A DNA stretch of 64,000 nucleotides from an uncultured virus (IMG/VR IMGVR_UViG_3300025723_000018) (Duplodnaviria > Heunggongvirae > Uroviricota > Caudoviricetes), in IMG/VR virus record IMGVR_UViG_3300025723_000018; one strand, 5' to 3'. The notes beneath the pieces were generated by a model that saw only the letters and a list, made by a program, of their open reading frames with translations, ran no database searches and was not told the DNA's origin. Below are positions 59,225 through 64,000 of this stretch, in pieces. Each line of letters starts with the position of its first letter. The stretch's first letter is position 1. The position numbers and the translations under genes are program-made.

Positions 59225-60319
59225 ATGTTGGATGCGCTAAAATCGTTATTTGAAAGCAATGTGATTTCTGAAGAGATCCAAGAGTCAATTCAAGCAGCTT
59301 GGGATTCAAAAATAAATGAAGCCCGTGAACAAGTTGCTGAACAACTACGCGAAGAATTCGCACAAAAATACGAACACGACAAAAACACAATGATTGAAGC
59401 TGTTGATCGCATGATCAGCGAGCAACTTTCTTCTGAAATTGTTGAGTTTGCCGATGACCGTCGTCAGTTAGCTGAAATGAAAGTTAAGCTAGCCAAGGAA
59501 AAGAAGAAGACAGCTGAAGTAATGAAGGAATTTGTTACACGTCAGTTAGCTACTGAAGTCCGTGAATTACACGAAGATCAAGTTGTAATGGCAAGCAAGT
59601 TCGGAAAGTTGGAACAATTCGTAGTTGAGGCTCTAGCTCAAGAAATTACAGAGTTCTTCAAGGACAAACAAGACCTAGCAGAAACTAAGGTACGCCTAGT
59701 TCGTGAAGGTCGCAATGAAATCAAGAAGGTAAAACAAGAGTTTGTAACTCGTGCTGCTAAGATGGTTGAATCAGTTGTGACTCAGAATTTAAATTCTGAA
59801 ATCCATGCACTGAAAGAAGACATCGAAGCAGCTCGTCGTGCAGATTTTGGTCGTAAGTTATTCGAAGCTTTTGCTGCTGAATACTCGACCAGCTACCTAA
59901 ATGAAAAATCGGAAACAGCAAAATTACTCAAGGTCATAGACTTGAAAGATTTGGCAATGAAGGAAGCAGCGCAAGCTGTTGTCAAAGCTGAACAAATCCT
60001 AGAAAGTAAAGAATCTGAAATCCGTACTCTTAAAGAGAGTCAAGAAAGAAAAGAAATCATGAGTCAATTACTAAGTCCACTTAACAGTGAACAACGTGAA
60101 ATCATGAGCGAATTAATGGAGAGCGTAAAGACTACTAAGTTGAACGAAAGTTTTGACAAGTATCTTCCAGCCGTAATAGCTGGCAAAGCTCCGCAGAAGA
60201 AACAGGCACTAGTAGAGGCTAAAGAAATAACCGGAAATAAAATTTCCAACAACCCACGTAGCAGCGAGATGGATTCGAATATTATCGATATCAGAAAGCT
60301 CGCAGGACTAAAAATTTAA
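59225..60319 (+). CDS. Prohead scaffold protein, T4 gp22-like
   Basis: Coiled-coil E/K-rich protein between protease and capsid genes. Confidence 0.8.
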   Translation: MLDALKSLFESNVISEEIQESIQAAWDSKINEAREQVAEQLREEFAQKYEHDKNTMIEAVDRMISEQLSSEIVEFADDRRQLAEMKVKLAKEKKKTAEVMKEFVTRQLATEVRELHEDQVVMASKFGKLEQFVVEALAQEITEFFKDKQDLAETKVRLVREGRNEIKKVKQEFVTRAAKMVESVVTQNLNSEIHALKEDIEAARRADFGRKLFEAFAAEYSTSYLNEKSETAKLLKVIDLKDLAMKEAAQAVVKAEQILESKESEIRTLKESQERKEIMSQLLSPLNSEQREIMSELMESVKTTKLNESFDKYLPAVIAGKAPQKKQALVEAKEITGNKISNNPRSSEMDSNIIDIRKLAGLKI

Positions 60320-60330
60320 GGAGAATTTAA

Positions 60331-61506
60331 ATGTCAGAACTACTTAATGGACGTTGGGCAGAAACAAAAGAAGCCCTATTAGAAGGCTTACAAGGCACTA
60401 AAAAATCAGTAATGGGTGTGACCCTTGAGAATACTCGCAAGTATTTGATGGAATCTCCAACTGCTGGTGCTACTTCTGCTGGCAACGTTGCAACTTTAAA
60501 CCGCGTGATTCTTCCAGTAATCCGTCGTGTTATGCCAACCGTTATCGCTAACGAGTTGGTTGGTGTACAACCAATGACTGGCCCAGTCGGCCAAATTCAC
60601 ACATTGCGTGTGCGTTATGCAGACTCATCAAGCGGTGCTAATGTACTAGCTGGTGAAGAGGCACTAAGCCCATTCAAGATTGCGGCTGCTTACTCTGGTA
60701 ACCAACAAGACGCAGTTGCTAAAGCAGCTACTACAGCTTCTTTAGAAGGTCAAGCTGGTAACAGAATGAGCATTCAAATCTTGAAACAAACAGTTGAAGC
60801 TAAGACACGTAAATTGTCTGCTCGCTGGACATTTGAAGCTGCTCAAGACGCTCAAGCTCAACAAGGTATCGACGTTGAAGCTGAAGTTATGGCTGCTTTA
60901 GCTCAAGAAATCACAGCTGAAATCGACCAAGAAATTATCGCTTCGTTGACTTCATTAGCTGGTACAGCTACACAAACTTATGACCAAGCTGCCGTTAGCG
61001 GTACAGCTACATTCGTTGGTGATGAGCATGCCGCTTTAGCTGTTCAGATCAATCGCGTAAGCAACTTGATCGCTCAACGTACACGTCGTGGTGCTGGTAA
61101 CTACGCTGTTGTTAGTCCATTCACATTGACTATCCTTCAGTCTGCTACAACTTCAGCATTTGCACGTACAACAGAAGGTACATTCGAAGCTCCAACAAAT
61201 ACAAAATTCGTTGGTACATTGAACGGTGCTATGAAGATTTATGTTAACAGCTATTCATATGACAATGCTCCAGTTCTAATTGGATACAAAGGCTCAAGCG
61301 AGAGCGATGCTCCTGCTTTCTATTGCCCATATATTCCATTGATGAGCAGTGGTGTTGTATTGGATCCATCAACATTTGAACCAGTCGTATCATTCATGAC
61401 ACGTTATGGTTATGTTGAGTTGTCAAATACAGCTTCTTCTCTAGGTAACGCAGCTGACTATCTAGGTCTAGTTGCTATTACTAACGGTAACGTCAAGTTC
61501 AGCTAA
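60331..61506 (+). CDS. Major capsid protein, T4 gp23-like
   Basis: RRVMP..IA..LVGVQPMTGP.GQI, VEAKTRKL.A.WT.E.AQD, EI.AEID.EI, FYCPYIPL, TRYG. Confidence 0.96.
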   Translation: MSELLNGRWAETKEALLEGLQGTKKSVMGVTLENTRKYLMESPTAGATSAGNVATLNRVILPVIRRVMPTVIANELVGVQPMTGPVGQIHTLRVRYADSSSGANVLAGEEALSPFKIAAAYSGNQQDAVAKAATTASLEGQAGNRMSIQILKQTVEAKTRKLSARWTFEAAQDAQAQQGIDVEAEVMAALAQEITAEIDQEIIASLTSLAGTATQTYDQAAVSGTATFVGDEHAALAVQINRVSNLIAQRTRRGAGNYAVVSPFTLTILQSATTSAFARTTEGTFEAPTNTKFVGTLNGAMKIYVNSYSYDNAPVLIGYKGSSESDAPAFYCPYIPLMSSGVVLDPSTFEPVVSFMTRYGYVELSNTASSLGNAADYLGLVAITNGNVKFS

Positions 61507-61537
61507 TTCAAACCTAAACAGTTTATTAGTAAAAATA

Positions 61538-61564
61538 AAAAGGACCTTCGGGTCCTTTTTGTTT
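61538..61564 (+). terminator. Rho-independent terminator after the capsid gene
   Basis: AAAAGGACC-ttcg-GGTCCTTTT followed by further Ts. Confidence 0.9.
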
Positions 61565-61577
61565 GGGTAAATATATG

Positions 61578-62162
61578 ATGCCTACAACTATATTTTATTC
61601 TCCGACTAGTATACAACAAATAAGTTCTGTTGAAGAAGCTACTGGACGTCCTAGTATTCCTTGGACACACAGCGAACTAGTTATTAGTAAAGATAGCTAT
61701 GCTGTATCGCAACAACCTTTATATTGTATTAGCGGATTATGGATGGAAAAATTTCGTAGTAAAACTAATGCATTATGGTGTACTGGTTTTAATATTCCCA
61801 ATGTTAATTCTGCAATATTAGGCATAGAATTTCAATTAAACATACAACGTGCCGGACGTATACAAGACTTAATAATTCAATTAACTAAAGACGGTTTGAC
61901 ACTTGCAGGGGAAAATCGCGCAAGCGAAATTAATTCTGTTCAAACAGATATGAATACTGGAGATTTTACTACTCCGCTACACCCAGTCGGTGATTTCAAT
62001 GTATACGGTAGTAGTACAGATTTATGGGGCGATACTTGGACTAGCACAGAAATATCTAGTTCAACGTTTGGAATTGTTATTAGTTTTCAAAGTAATCCGA
62101 TAATTCCTCATAGAGACTTAGCTTATGTTGACCAAGTAGCTTTAAGAATCACCTACGCATAA
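61578..62162 (+). CDS. Hypothetical virion-associated protein (about 194 aa)
   Basis: Start ATG 61575 or 61578 just after TAAATA; YGSSTDLWG..W motif; beta-rich. Confidence 0.65.
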   Translation: MPTTIFYSPTSIQQISSVEEATGRPSIPWTHSELVISKDSYAVSQQPLYCISGLWMEKFRSKTNALWCTGFNIPNVNSAILGIEFQLNIQRAGRIQDLIIQLTKDGLTLAGENRASEINSVQTDMNTGDFTTPLHPVGDFNVYGSSTDLWGDTWTSTEISSSTFGIVISFQSNPIIPHRDLAYVDQVALRITYA

Positions 62163-62169
62163 ATACATA

Positions 62170-62231
62170 GTACGATCCACATAGGGTGGATTTTATGCGG
62201 AAATCCAACCGCGTACGGCCTAGAACGCCGT
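62170..62231 (+). promoter_or_regulatory. Structured 5' leader after a TAAATA late-promoter motif
   Basis: Helices 62175-80/62186-91, 62194-200/62209-15, 62215-19/62227-31, with alternative pairings. Confidence 0.55.
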
Positions 62232-62253
62232 GTTTTCATAAGGAGAAAATAAA

Positions 62254-63300
62254 ATGGGACGTCCTCTAAATAAGAAATATTTTGGTAATCGTAACGTCGG
62301 ATCTGATGGAACATTCGCATCAGGTGCTACTTTGTCTAATACCAGCGCAGAAATTGGTGGTAAGAGCATCTCCAGTTTCAACATTACAAACCGTGGTTCA
62401 TGGTTATCAAACAACGTAAGTCCAAATGTGCCTGTACTAGGTTTGGCAGTACCAGCTCCACAAATTGCTGATGGTATCCAAGCAACTTGGTCAGTGACTT
62501 ATTGTATTGACACAGTAACAACTAATGCTGGAAAAACAGGATTGGTAACTGGCGATACTTATACAAGCTCAATATTCCCAGGATCAATAATCACTGTTGG
62601 CGACCTAAGCGGAGCAAATGCTTTGTTTACAGTTACTAATGCCGGTAGCACTGGTAACATTCCACTTGATACAACAACAGTTAGTATTACTCAATTAACT
62701 GGTACAGGGGCTGCTACTTCTTTTACTGTTGATATTCATACAAAATTAGCCACAGCCAATATTAACAATGTGGGTTCTGGTTATACAGAAGAACAAGTGT
62801 TTACTATTACATTAGCAAACGGTGCTACAGGTACTCCTCCAACAATCAGTATTGTACTAACACAACCAGATCCAACACAGGCTGCAGGTAGCGTTGGTGA
62901 TCGTGAGCCAGCTATTATTGCTTATGCTTGGTTAAGCGGTGCGCCAGCAGAAGTTGATATCGTTCGTCAAGTGTCAACAGATCGTTATCGTATAAACAAA
63001 AATGGCGAGTATACACGCACAGGCGCACACACTGGTAAACTAAAAGAAACTGGTTTAGTAAGCGGAACATTTACTGGTAATGAAGGCGCAGAAATGAATA
63101 TCTGGGCATTTGATGCAAGCGGCAATTCATATCTTGTTAAGAAATTAACAGCTCGCAAGGCAGTAGTTTATCCAGTTGCTTGTGCTCGTTTAAACAAGTC
63201 TGCTGGTTCAATATTTGCTGCAGGCACAGCAGTTCCTTGGAAATTCTTCCCAGGACAAGCAAACGCTAGTGCAGGTTACGTGAAGATTGAAAACGCTTAA
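62254..63300 (+). CDS. Virion structural protein (348 aa, Thr/Gly-rich)
   Basis: AAGGAG SD; GSGY motif; beta-rich; downstream of the capsid gene. Confidence 0.7.
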   Translation: MGRPLNKKYFGNRNVGSDGTFASGATLSNTSAEIGGKSISSFNITNRGSWLSNNVSPNVPVLGLAVPAPQIADGIQATWSVTYCIDTVTTNAGKTGLVTGDTYTSSIFPGSIITVGDLSGANALFTVTNAGSTGNIPLDTTTVSITQLTGTGAATSFTVDIHTKLATANINNVGSGYTEEQVFTITLANGATGTPPTISIVLTQPDPTQAAGSVGDREPAIIAYAWLSGAPAEVDIVRQVSTDRYRINKNGEYTRTGAHTGKLKETGLVSGTFTGNEGAEMNIWAFDASGNSYLVKKLTARKAVVYPVACARLNKSAGSIFAAGTAVPWKFFPGQANASAGYVKIENA

Positions 63301-63315
63301 TAGTTAAGGACTAAG

Positions 63316-64000
63316 ATGTCAAGAATACTTAAAGTCAGTAACGGTGATTACAGAATACAAGTACAAGCTGTTTCACCTAGCGATACAACTCCTACTATCT
63401 TTTTAGATACAGGAGCGTTGCAAGGCCGAGTTGTTATTACTGGTAATCTTGACGTTAAAGGTTCTACAACCACTGTAGAAAGTCAAAACACAACTATCAA
63501 AGATAGTATTATTACTCTAAACAAAGGCGAAACCAGTGCAGGTGTTAATAGTTTATTATCACCTGCATATCAATCTGGTATTGAAGTTGACCGTGGCACT
63601 TTAAACAACAATGCACGTTGGGTTTGGGACGATCATAATGTTAACTGGTATGATAACAAATCAGCTGCAACATCAAATGGTGCATGGGTTGCTTATAATG
63701 TTACAGACGGCACATCATCTGCCGTAGCAGAAGGTATTAAAGTAAGCAAAATTCAGCCATCAAATGGCGGAGATTTACAAGTTGATTTAGGCGGCGGCGA
63801 TGGTGTATTACGTGTAACACACTACGATGTTAGTGCAGGCGCCAGTTATGCCAGTAGAATTCAAAACACAGATTACGATACAATTCCAAACGTTCAATAC
63901 TTGCAACTTTATGTGGCTAGTACATATTCACCGGGCAGCGGACAAGGACAAGCTATTGTACATAGCATACAAGATACTACAAGTGGAACAACTAGTTTAA
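63316..64000 (+). CDS. Virion structural/fibre-like protein, truncated by the window end
   Basis: AAGGA SD; MSRILKVSNGDY...ITGNLDVKGSTTTVES....IKD.II.LNKGE...SGIEVDRG; no stop seen before the window end. Confidence 0.75.
   Translation, partial: MSRILKVSNGDYRIQVQAVSPSDTTPTIFLDTGALQGRVVITGNLDVKGSTTTVESQNTTIKDSIITLNKGETSAGVNSLLSPAYQSGIEVDRGTLNNNARWVWDDHNVNWYDNKSAATSNGAWVAYNVTDGTSSAVAEGIKVSKIQPSNGGDLQVDLGGGDGVLRVTHYDVSAGASYASRIQNTDYDTIPNVQYLQLYVASTYSPGSGQGQAIVHSIQDTTSGTTSL

Noticed and set aside
355..62414. Short antisense or alternate-frame ORFs in the track (e.g. 2081-2533, 10987-11436, 43790-44221, 52330-53025)
   Set aside because: They lie within well-supported genes, lack SD signals or motifs, and reflect repeats or codon bias.
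1..64000. Stop-codon reassignment
   Set aside because: Core genes are full length under code 11; TAA and TGA are common stops and TAG terminates the ORF at 49215.

Overview
A 64-kb, AT-rich, densely coding segment of a large T4-related (myovirus-type) bacteriophage read with the standard bacterial code. Layout: (1) 1-6.7 kb, + strand: small hypothetical genes, a MoxR-type AAA+ ATPase / HExxH-vWA pair behind near-consensus sigma70 promoters, and thyX. (2) 6.7-44.2 kb, - strand: a 37-kb baseplate/tail-fibre block (gp48/54-, gp53-, hub-, gp5-, gp25-, gp6-like genes, a 5460-aa wedge protein, a gp9/10-like protein and four fibre paralogs) with a U32-family Fe-S enzyme and a partner gene inserted between fibres. 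(3) 44.3-49.6 kb, + strand: gp55-like late sigma factor, GIY-YIG homing endonuclease, gp47/gp46, an Hc1-like protein and a second GIY-YIG protein. (4) About 470 bp without a long ORF that folds by eye into a large multi-helix structure. (5) A gp26-like tail chaperone with a probable -1 frameshift extension. (6) Tape measure, portal, core, protease, scaffold, major capsid and further virion genes. Most notable: the candidate structured ncRNA (49.67-50.05 kb), an array of GNA/GNNA mini-hairpins inside gp46, the G/GT-type frameshift, the U32 enzyme in the fibre operon, and several structured or leaderless late-gene leaders. All calls come from motif recognition and manual base pairing; no searches or folding programs were run.
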